DNA of 48,018 nucleotides from Desulfobacterales bacterium (lineage in GTDB: Bacteria > Desulfobacterota > Desulfobacteria > Desulfobacterales > C00003060): contig JAQBAU010000263.1 of the NCBI GenBank assembly GCA_032126655.1, forward strand, positions 1 to 48,018. Reading direction: 5' to 3'. Below, piece after piece: positions 36,484 through 44,130 of the stretch. Within the stretch, counting starts at the first letter, position 1. The number at the start of each line of letters is the position of its first letter. Both the position numbers and the translations under genes were made by a program. Below the pieces are notes generated by a model. The model was not told where the DNA came from, made no database searches, and saw only the letters and a list, made by a program, of their open reading frames with translations.

Positions 36484-38795
36484 CAGAATTCCTCAAATCC
36501 TTCGTCCAACTCTTTGTCTATTGAGTCCTCCGGATTCTCTTCCATTGGTTGTTGGACGATAAGATCTTCACGTAAAGATTTTATGGTAGGAGGTACAGTG
36601 CCCCGCCTCTCTGTCTTTGAAAGGCGGAGGCTTTTTGAGAATCCGAGCTCTTCAATTTCGATATCACCCTCATCGCCCAAATTAAACTTTTCAGTCATAT
36701 GTTGCAGCTGGGCTGATTTTTGATTCAGCTGCTCGGTAGCACTGGCCAACTCGTCCACGAGTGTTGCATTGTGTTCAGTGACATCACTCAACTCCTCCAT
36801 CCCTTGTCCAATTTGCTCAATTCCACGTGAGCTTTCCTGAGTGGCTAACGAGACTTCGCTGAGTGCATCAGATACTTGTTTGATGGTCTGGATAATCTCC
36901 TTGAATCCGGCTTCGAGTTGGGCGACCCATTCCTTACCGGTGTTAACCTGGTCCATGATGTTACGCACAAGACTTTGAATATCCTTGGAGGCATCAGAAC
37001 TCCTCTTTGCAAGGCCGCGCACCTCGTTTGCGACAACGGCAAATCCCCGCCCCTGCTCTCCGGCACGGGCAGCTTCGACCGCCGCATTGATTGAAAGCAG
37101 ATTGGTTTGAAAAGTTATCTCGTTGATCAAATCCATCATCTCAACGATTTTGCGGCTACCCTCTGCCATGTCATTCATGGCCTGGGTTGTCCTTTCAACG
37201 GTCTCTCCACCGTCCACGGCCACAGCCACCGCCTCCTTTGCAAGAGCGTCGGCCCGTTGCATATTTGAAGCATTTTGGTTGACGTTGGATACGAGTTCTT
37301 CCACGGTTGCGCTTGTCTCTTCTACAGTAGCGGCCTGTTCCTGCGTTCGCTGCGAGAGCTCCTGGTTTCCCTCAGACATGTGCTGGACTCCCCTGACCAC
37401 CGTAAGCGCAGACCTTTTGGTTTGACTGATGAGCTCTTTCATCTGATCAAGGGTTGCGTTGGTCCTCTTCACCAGATGGTCCATTGCATCGTCTTCACCG
37501 CTCATCTCAGCTCTCACCGTGAGATCCCCATCAGCAACCTGTTCAAAAATGTCTGTCAGATTCTCAACTCTGTTCTGCAACTTCTTCTTTGCCGCCGCTT
37601 CCTTATGGATTGACTCTTTCAGGACCGATTCTGCTTCAACTTCTTTGGAGATGTCGCGTAAAAGTTCAAAACCGCCCAGGATGTTGCCATCAGAGTCCTT
37701 CAGGGCGGCCCCACTCACCATTATAGGAATTTCCTTTCCCGAAGCATCTTTCATGATAACCCTTTGACCTACGGTGGCCCGTCCCGTTTCCATTGCTCTT
37801 TTTATGGCGCAGGCAGTCTCACACACATCGCTATCAAATACCTCTCGACAGGTCATTTTTCCCTCAACATCCTCGGGCCGAACACCTGCAGCTTTTGCAG
37901 CAGCGTCATTCATATAGGTTACATTCATATCCGTATCCACCATGAAAAAGGGCTCTGAAATACCCAATTTGAGGCTGTTGGCGTACTCCATCCGGTCGCG
38001 AATGTTTCTGATCATCTGGTTAAAGTTGCCGGCCAGCCAGCCAATCGAGTCTCTGGTATCATCGTGGACTTCAACCGTGACATCCCCAGCTGAGACCTGC
38101 CCCGTCTTTTCCGCTAAGGCATGAATTCGCCGTGTCACCAGGCGATAAAAGAGGAAGTTAATAAGAAGAATGATCCCAACGATCTCCACCAGGGAAAATC
38201 CGATGAGGCGATTTCTGGCTGACGCCAGCAACGAATAGAGATCTGTGACGGAGCGTTTGACAACCATGGCGCCGAGCACTTTTCGAGTGGCTCCATGGCA
38301 GTGATGACATTGTCCTTCGTTTAAGAGGGGCCGGATCGTAACCAGGAAGGATTCATCGTCTTTGGACTCCGCGAAGGACTGGTCGGGCGACAGCCCCGAA
38401 CTCATGGCATCTCTGAGGGCTTTTTGGGTCTTTTCCTCCGACAGATGGTGCATGATGTTGGTATGAATAAGTTCCTCTTCTGAGGCATAGGTGAGCCTGT
38501 TGTCAAAGTCAGATATATAGACTTGCACGCCCTCCATATGACTTTTCATATCTTTCAGCTGCGCCTCAACAGTCTTGCTGTCTCCAATCGACATGGGATA
38601 TTTAATGGCGCTGTACGTGCTCTCGAGCAGGTCATGGCTCGACCGGTCCACTTGGTCTAAAGCGCTCCTGGTATGAAAAGACACGGTCTGATAAAGGAAC
38701 CCAGCCGTAAAGCCCACCACCACGGTAATTGTGGCAATGAGGATCTTGACGCGAAGCCCGGTTCCCTTGAGCAATCTGTCAATCCAGCTTATCAT
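36483..38795 (-). CDS. Methyl-accepting chemotaxis protein: TM, periplasmic domain with CXXCH, TM, HAMP, PAS, MA domain
   Basis: 770 aa with two TM helices (about aa 16-36 and 197-220). The periplasmic domain has a CHHCH motif (nt 38295-38309). HAMP follows, then PAS with C316/C325/C329. The highly conserved signalling hairpin is present (EITFQTNLLSINAAVEAARAGEQGRGFAVVANEVRGLA). GGAGGTG Shine-Dalgarno. Confidence 0.93.
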   Translation of the reverse strand: MISWIDRLLKGTGLRVKILIATITVVVGFTAGFLYQTVSFHTRSALDQVDRSSHDLLESTYSAIKYPMSIGDSKTVEAQLKDMKSHMEGVQVYISDFDNRLTYASEEELIHTNIMHHLSEEKTQKALRDAMSSGLSPDQSFAESKDDESFLVTIRPLLNEGQCHHCHGATRKVLGAMVVKRSVTDLYSLLASARNRLIGFSLVEIVGIILLINFLFYRLVTRRIHALAEKTGQVSAGDVTVEVHDDTRDSIGWLAGNFNQMIRNIRDRMEYANSLKLGISEPFFMVDTDMNVTYMNDAAAKAAGVRPEDVEGKMTCREVFDSDVCETACAIKRAMETGRATVGQRVIMKDASGKEIPIMVSGAALKDSDGNILGGFELLRDISKEVEAESVLKESIHKEAAAKKKLQNRVENLTDIFEQVADGDLTVRAEMSGEDDAMDHLVKRTNATLDQMKELISQTKRSALTVVRGVQHMSEGNQELSQRTQEQAATVEETSATVEELVSNVNQNASNMQRADALAKEAVAVAVDGGETVERTTQAMNDMAEGSRKIVEMMDLINEITFQTNLLSINAAVEAARAGEQGRGFAVVANEVRGLAKRSSDASKDIQSLVRNIMDQVNTGKEWVAQLEAGFKEIIQTIKQVSDALSEVSLATQESSRGIEQIGQGMEELSDVTEHNATLVDELASATEQLNQKSAQLQHMTEKFNLGDEGDIEIEELGFSKSLRLSKTERRGTVPPTIKSLREDLIVQQPMEENPEDSIDKELDEGFEEF

Positions 38796-38812
38796 GACTT
38801 CACCTCCACCGG

Positions 38813-39292
38813 TTAATGGGCACCACCGTGTACCATTGGTTTGTATCGAAAGGCGCTCACCCTTTCTTCAGTGTGACATTTCTGACAAATCTCTATGGTT
38901 ACCTTGGTAACAAGATCTCCCGGGTCCTCGCTCTCAATGTGTCTTCCACCCGGGCCATGGCAAACCTCGCAACCAGCGTCTTTCATTTCCGGGGTTTCTT
39001 CAAGACTGACAAAGCCACCGGGCTTGCCGAATCCGGTCGTGTGGCATACATAGCATCCCTTGATTTGATCGGAGGCAAGCCCCTTTTTCATTTTCAACAC
39101 ACTCTGAAACGAGTGGCTTTTTCGGGCATACTTGGTGAAGTTCTCGTACTCATGTTCGTGGCACGGCATGCAAGAATCGGACCCCACGTAGTCTATTGGA
39201 TCGTCTTCAGCCAAAGCCGGGAGGCACATAACAAAGAAAAAAACTATGCACACAAACCCCTTAGCCTGACTTGCCCTCTTTCTTGCCTTCAT
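38813..39292 (-). CDS. Periplasmic tetrahaem c-type cytochrome (cytochrome c554-like family)
   Basis: Signal peptide (VCIVFFFVMCLPALA) and four CXXCH motifs (CMPCH, CYVCH, CEVCH, CQKCH) in 159 aa. Overlaps the cheA 3' end by 32 nt and ends 17 nt before the MCP start. Confidence 0.9.
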   Translation of the reverse strand: MKARKRASQAKGFVCIVFFFVMCLPALAEDDPIDYVGSDSCMPCHEHEYENFTKYARKSHSFQSVLKMKKGLASDQIKGCYVCHTTGFGKPGGFVSLEETPEMKDAGCEVCHGPGGRHIESEDPGDLVTKVTIEICQKCHTEERVSAFRYKPMVHGGAH

Positions 39293-41432
39293 GGTTCATT
39301 TCTCCTTTAAGGGAATCCTTGAAAAAGATCTCCTCGAGTCCCAAAAGATCCAAGACCAGTGAGACCGAGCCGTCCCCCAAGATCGTAGCACCGGAAAGCC
39401 CCTTAACGCTGCGGTAATTGGTCTCGAGGGTCTTGACAATGATTTGCTTCGGTTCCAAAAGCTCATCAACAGCCATACCAAAGGCTTTTGTCCCCGTGTC
39501 CACGAAAATCACCACGCTACTGTGCCCATTTGTTGACGACGTTCCAGTGTCAAGAATCTTCGCAACGTTGACAAGTGGAAGATAGTCGCCCCGGAATGGA
39601 TAGACCCGTTCCTCCGATCCAACCTGTTTGACGAGGCTCTCTTCAAAGCGTTGAGTCCCGACAACGACCTGGACCGGCACCAGGTATGACGTCCCTTCAA
39701 CCACTACATGCAAGACTTCCATAAGGGCAGATGTCAGGGGGAGGCATAAGATAAAAGTTGTTCCCCTATCCTTTTCCGTCCGTACCTCTATGGTGCCTCC
39801 CAGTTTATCAAGCTGCGTTTTGACCACGTCCATCCCAACCCCCCTGCCGGAGAGCTCGGTGACTTCAGTGGTTGTGGAGAATCCGGATCTGAAAATGAAG
39901 TCGAGTAGTTCCTGTTCACTCGGGACCTGGTTGGGTTGAATCCAACCCTTCTCCAGAGCCTTTTGGTGGATGCTCTGTAGATCAATGCCTCTACCATCCT
40001 CTGAAATCTCAACGAAGATCCGCCCTCCCCTCTGGTATGCACGAAGTTCAACTGTTCCTTCCGGCGGTTTTCCTTTGGCCTCTCTTTCTTCCGGCGTTTC
40101 TATGCCGTGATCAACGCAGTTGCGGACGAGATGTTTCAGAGGGTCTGTACAGTATTCTATCACCTCTTTGTCCAGTTCAGTGTCAAGTCCGGCCAAGATC
40201 ACCTTGATTCGCTTGTTTTGTTTGAGGGCCAGATCTCTTGCCATGCGTTGAAATCTGCGAAATGTTCCTTCCAGAGGAAACATGCGGACCCTTGCCACAC
40301 GTTCCTGAAGCTCACGATTCACTTTCAGAAGGTTTTCCATCTCTTCCAGGATTTCCATGCGCTGGGAGCCAAGAAGTTTTTCTAGGAGCGACTGCGCCTT
40401 AGAAAGACCAATCCCCATCTCTTCACCCAGGTTCACGAGTCTGTCTATTTTATCCACGTCAACTCGAATGGTGGTTTTGCGATAGATTTTTCTGCTTTCT
40501 TCCTGCGCTGCAATTGCTTTCTCGAGTTCTTCGGGCTGAATCTTTCCGTCTTCAACCAGAATTTCACCGAGCATTTTCTGTTTCTTCAGGGCACGGGTCA
40601 ATGTCTCCTCGGTGATCTTGCTTTCTCCCACAAGAACTTCACCGAGTTTCTTGTCAGCCAGTTTTGTGTCGATGCCTTCCCTGTAGTCTTTGGTGATGTC
40701 TTCAATACGAATGTCATTGTCATCCATTACGAACATGAAGATATCATCAATGTCCTCTCTGGGCATCTTGGTCTTGATGATGATTTGCCAGGATATGTAG
40801 AGCTCGAACATGGAAAGGTTTTCGAAACCCGGAAGCTCTGAAAGGTTGGGCACTACTGAAACAAATTCGGCTAATTCAGAAAGATTGAGTAAAAGGAGGA
40901 GCGGATCCTGCCCGGAATAGAAGAGGTGTTTTTCGAAATTCAGATCAATCTTGTAGAAGGAAAACTTCTCTGCAGGTTCCTCGAGAGGTTGTGTCAGTGC
41001 TGCCTCGACTTCGTCTTCACGTGGAGTCGCAGCTTCCACGCCCAAATAGCGCTTTACCTGCCCCTGTCGCTGACTGAGAACTTCAGGGTCGGCTTCAGCT
41101 TCGCCTTCAGCCACCCGATCAAGCATGGATCGAATGAAATCGATGGCGTCCAGAAGGAAAGTAATCAGGTTATTTGTCACGGCCAGCTTGCCGGACCTGA
41201 GACGCTCCAGGAGGTTTTCAAGGAGGTGGGTGTACTCTGAAATACCCATAAACCCGACCATGGCCGCGCCACTCTTCATGGTATGAACAGACCTGAACAG
41301 TTGTTCTATGTCTTCGGTGGATTCAGGAGTGGATTCAAGCGCCAGCAAGCTTTCTTCGGCCGACTTTACCAGCTCATCCGTCTCGGAGAAGAAAATCTGC
41401 AGGGTTTCGTCCAGTTCACTCATTTCGGCCAT
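39261..41432 (-). CDS. cheA: Chemotaxis histidine kinase
   Basis: Hpt (FRSVHTMKSGA), dimerisation domain (IRVDVDKIDRLVNLGEE), HATPase (NCVDHGIE...DGRGID...GRGVGMDVV) and a C-terminal CheW-like domain. Start is ATG 41432 or ATG 41423; the latter forms an ATGA overlap with the cheY stop. Confidence 0.95.
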   Translation of the reverse strand: MAEMSELDETLQIFFSETDELVKSAEESLLALESTPESTEDIEQLFRSVHTMKSGAAMVGFMGISEYTHLLENLLERLRSGKLAVTNNLITFLLDAIDFIRSMLDRVAEGEAEADPEVLSQRQGQVKRYLGVEAATPREDEVEAALTQPLEEPAEKFSFYKIDLNFEKHLFYSGQDPLLLLLNLSELAEFVSVVPNLSELPGFENLSMFELYISWQIIIKTKMPREDIDDIFMFVMDDNDIRIEDITKDYREGIDTKLADKKLGEVLVGESKITEETLTRALKKQKMLGEILVEDGKIQPEELEKAIAAQEESRKIYRKTTIRVDVDKIDRLVNLGEEMGIGLSKAQSLLEKLLGSQRMEILEEMENLLKVNRELQERVARVRMFPLEGTFRRFQRMARDLALKQNKRIKVILAGLDTELDKEVIEYCTDPLKHLVRNCVDHGIETPEEREAKGKPPEGTVELRAYQRGGRIFVEISEDGRGIDLQSIHQKALEKGWIQPNQVPSEQELLDFIFRSGFSTTTEVTELSGRGVGMDVVKTQLDKLGGTIEVRTEKDRGTTFILCLPLTSALMEVLHVVVEGTSYLVPVQVVVGTQRFEESLVKQVGSEERVYPFRGDYLPLVNVAKILDTGTSSTNGHSSVVIFVDTGTKAFGMAVDELLEPKQIIVKTLETNYRSVKGLSGATILGDGSVSLVLDLLGLEEIFFKDSLKGEMNHEGKKEGKSG

Positions 41433-41803
41433 ACCACCTTTTTGACGGCCCACAGGAGCTGCTCCGGTTGGAAAGGCTTCAGCAGCCACCCGGAAGCCCC
41501 TGCAGCTCGACCCTCTTCTATCAATGACTCTTCAGATTCCGTGCTAAGAACCAGTATGGGGATGAATTTGAATTCGGTCTCTTTTACTTTCGTTATGAAA
41601 GTGATCCCGTCCATTCGCGGCATATTAATGTCGGTGATGATGAGAGCAAGGGGCTGCTCCTTGTCTTTTATGGACTGTAGTTTGTCGAGGCCATCCATTC
41701 CGTCTTCGGCCTCTGTCACCCTGTATCCTGCATTGCGCAGGCAGAAGGTGACTGATGACCTCATCGTCGGGGAATCATCTACAAACAGGATAAGCTTTTC
41801 CAT
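41420..41803 (-). CDS. cheY: Single-domain chemotaxis response regulator
   Basis: 127 aa. LFVDDSPTMR...ITDINMPRMDG...LSTE...KPF. Confidence 0.92.
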   Translation of the reverse strand: MEKLILFVDDSPTMRSSVTFCLRNAGYRVTEAEDGMDGLDKLQSIKDKEQPLALIITDINMPRMDGITFITKVKETEFKFIPILVLSTESEESLIEEGRAAGASGWLLKPFQPEQLLWAVKKVVWPK

Positions 41804-41815
41804 CTTGGCACACCA

Positions 41816-42118
41816 TCAAAGGAATGCGGTTCTAAGCCCCGAGAGGGACAAGATGTCCTCTACCTCAGCAGAGAGGGCAGAGATCTTCAACTCGGTATCA
41901 GGCTCTATCCACCTTTTAAAGGCAATGAGGAGTTGCAGGACAGCAGTATCTATAAACCCAACTTCCGCAAAGGAAATAACGATCTTCTTATTCTTTCCGC
42001 TTTTTAGGGACTTCTCTAGAAAATCTTTGAGCTCTTCCAGTTCATGGATAGTGAGCTCACCTTGAAGGTGGTAGGTGCCGCGTTTGTCTTGGTTTAAGCT
42101 AAAGTTTTTTGAAGCCAT
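41816..42118 (-). CDS. STAS-domain protein (anti-sigma-factor-antagonist-like)
   Basis: 100 aa. L.GELTIHELEELKDFL...ISFAEVGFIDTAVLQLLIAF is a typical STAS/SpoIIAA-like pattern. Located 12 nt upstream of cheY. Confidence 0.7.
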   Translation of the reverse strand: MASKNFSLNQDKRGTYHLQGELTIHELEELKDFLEKSLKSGKNKKIVISFAEVGFIDTAVLQLLIAFKRWIEPDTELKISALSAEVEDILSLSGLRTAFL

Positions 42119-42174
42119 TTGGCAGGACTGTCAGTTTATGCCCGTAGGATAGGTGTAAATTTTTTTTGAGCCTA

Positions 42175-42855
42175 TCACAGTTTCTCTCTATTTACAAATC
42201 CATTTAAGGAATCCGTCCTCGACAATTCAGGCACAAAATCAAACAGATCAGTGGCGAGGCAATATGAGAAGTCGTCTTCCTGTCCTAGGAGCCTGAGGCG
42301 TGCAGCCCCTTCCCCATCCATGATCCTTTTTATCATAGCATCGGGATTCTGGGGTTTTCCTTCCGCAATTCCCTTCAGATACTGCGCACAAAGATCATCT
42401 TCAATTGCCCTGGATACGCCTTCGGTGCCCACCGCCAGCCAAGTCACAAAGGGCGAATCGCTTTGGCTTAGCATGCCCACGAGTGCACGTGCATTAGCAA
42501 AGCTCCCGACAAGAATTCTTTCTGCATGTCGGGCATGCCATGTTGCCCGTGTGCCGCCGGAAGTCGTCAGAATAACGTTCTTACCCACAAGGTTCATCTG
42601 AGAGGCGTCGTGCGGGGAGTTGCCCATATCAAATCCGTCAATCGTTATTCCTTTACGCTCCCCGGCCAGCAAGCATTCAGGATGTAGCTTCTTTAGATCA
42701 AAAGCTTCCTTTACCTTCATTACGGGAATGACAGACGATGCTCCTCGAGCAAGTAGCATCAGAATCGTGTTACTTGCACGGAAGACATCGATGATGACAA
42801 CAGTGCCACCGGCAGTCTCGGCACCATCTATACCATGTCTGATAGTGGTCTTCAT
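42175..42855 (-). CDS. comB: 2-phosphosulfolactate phosphatase (ComB) family protein
   Basis: VVIIDVFRASNTI, LLAGERKG..I.GFDMGNSP, ILTTSGGTRA and EDDLCAQYL match the ComB family pattern. Confidence 0.8.
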   Translation of the reverse strand: MKTTIRHGIDGAETAGGTVVIIDVFRASNTILMLLARGASSVIPVMKVKEAFDLKKLHPECLLAGERKGITIDGFDMGNSPHDASQMNLVGKNVILTTSGGTRATWHARHAERILVGSFANARALVGMLSQSDSPFVTWLAVGTEGVSRAIEDDLCAQYLKGIAEGKPQNPDAMIKRIMDGEGAARLRLLGQEDDFSYCLATDLFDFVPELSRTDSLNGFVNREKL

Positions 42856-42910
42856 TCAGGTTCATTTCCGCGAGAACGGCAAACGAGCCCGTGCCCCCGG
42901 TACTCTCGTC

Positions 42911-43267
42911 TCATAACAACCCCTTTTCTTTGAGAAAGGTCATGGCTTTGTTGCTGATAGTTGTCGCATAAGTGATGGCTCGTGAAAGATTGTCCAGGGC
43001 ACCGTGGGAGACTTTCGAATCGACCATGACCAGACTCCCGTCAAGCTGCTCCCGAATTTTGGCCCACCCATCTTGAGGAGAGATCTTGTGGGCCAACCCT
43101 ATATCTCCATACAGGGTTCTCAAGAAGGTGGAGAAAACCCGGTTTCCGCCTGCTCTTTCATGTTCCGGAAGCCCTTCAATGAGCATGGCCATTTGTGTCC
43201 CGACGATGAGGGCTGCTTTCATTCTCTCCCCCATCATGAAGTCGAGGATAGCGTCTCTTTCCGTCAT
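42911..43267 (-). CDS. Hypothetical protein (118 aa)
   Basis: Its ATG forms an ATGA overlap with the stop of the upstream PRAI-like gene, implying translational coupling. No family recognised. Confidence 0.55.
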   Translation of the reverse strand: MTERDAILDFMMGERMKAALIVGTQMAMLIEGLPEHERAGGNRVFSTFLRTLYGDIGLAHKISPQDGWAKIREQLDGSLVMVDSKVSHGALDNLSRAITYATTISNKAMTFLKEKGLL

Positions 43268-44061
43268 AATCGTTTCCTTCCGCCAAGTGATTCGGGTTCG
43301 TTTTGTCCGCTGGAAAGATCAATTTCAGCCTGTCGCACTGCTTTAACAAAAGCCCTTACGGCGTTTTTGTCCTTACGAAACCGAATCGGTCTTCTGTCTC
43401 CGTCAACCGCATTTGTTCTTGTGCAGCTATCCACACCAAACGGCCGAACTTCCATGATAGCCTCATAAACATTTTGCGGGGAGAGCCCGCCCGCCAAAAT
43501 AACTGGCAGGGGGCTCGTTTCTATGAGCTCCCGGGCCACCATCCAATCGCAGGTGTGCCCGGTGATGCCAACAAATCCATGAACAGGCTCGTTACCCAGA
43601 GAGGTGTCCACAAGGAAATAGTCGCTCGCTGCTTCAAAACACTTCGCCACATCAAAGGTCGGAATGATCTGTTCACCTTTAGAGGCCCGCACAGGAATAG
43701 TACGCATGATTTCGATCTCAGGAAATCGTTCTCTGATGGAGATCTGGAGGTCAGCAAGGGCTTCCCCCGACATCTTCAAACTTGCTTCATCAGCGAAAGC
43801 CTCGCAGAAATGGATGATGTTTGGTGCGTAGTAGTCGACGGAGTGAAACAAGGCTTCCTTTGTGACGAAAAGCGGGATCAGGCTGTGTTTCACCCCGGCT
43901 TCCTTTGAAACTATGACCGCCTCTCTAATGGCAGGGACTTTCCAGTCTTTTTCAGAGAGAATAACACTGCCAATCCGATCAACCCCAAGCGCAATTATCG
44001 CCTCAGCCTCCGCAGGATTCTGTATTTCGTATATCTGCACTACAATGCTATGCGTTGCCAT
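43264..44061 (-). CDS. Phosphoribosylanthranilate isomerase (TrpF)-like protein with C-terminal extension
   Basis: VQIYEIQNPAEAEAIIALGVDRIG..., GITGHTCDW, ILAGGLSPQNVYEAI and PFGVDSCT fit the PRAI TIM-barrel pattern. No other trp genes are nearby. Confidence 0.65.
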   Translation of the reverse strand: MATHSIVVQIYEIQNPAEAEAIIALGVDRIGSVILSEKDWKVPAIREAVIVSKEAGVKHSLIPLFVTKEALFHSVDYYAPNIIHFCEAFADEASLKMSGEALADLQISIRERFPEIEIMRTIPVRASKGEQIIPTFDVAKCFEAASDYFLVDTSLGNEPVHGFVGITGHTCDWMVARELIETSPLPVILAGGLSPQNVYEAIMEVRPFGVDSCTRTNAVDGDRRPIRFRKDKNAVRAFVKAVRQAEIDLSSGQNEPESLGGRKRL

Positions 44062-44130
44062 TCGTACAGCGACCCTTTAACGGCTTACACCCCGGACACC
44101 AAGCGCTGAGGCTCAGCAGAGCCCCTTTCT

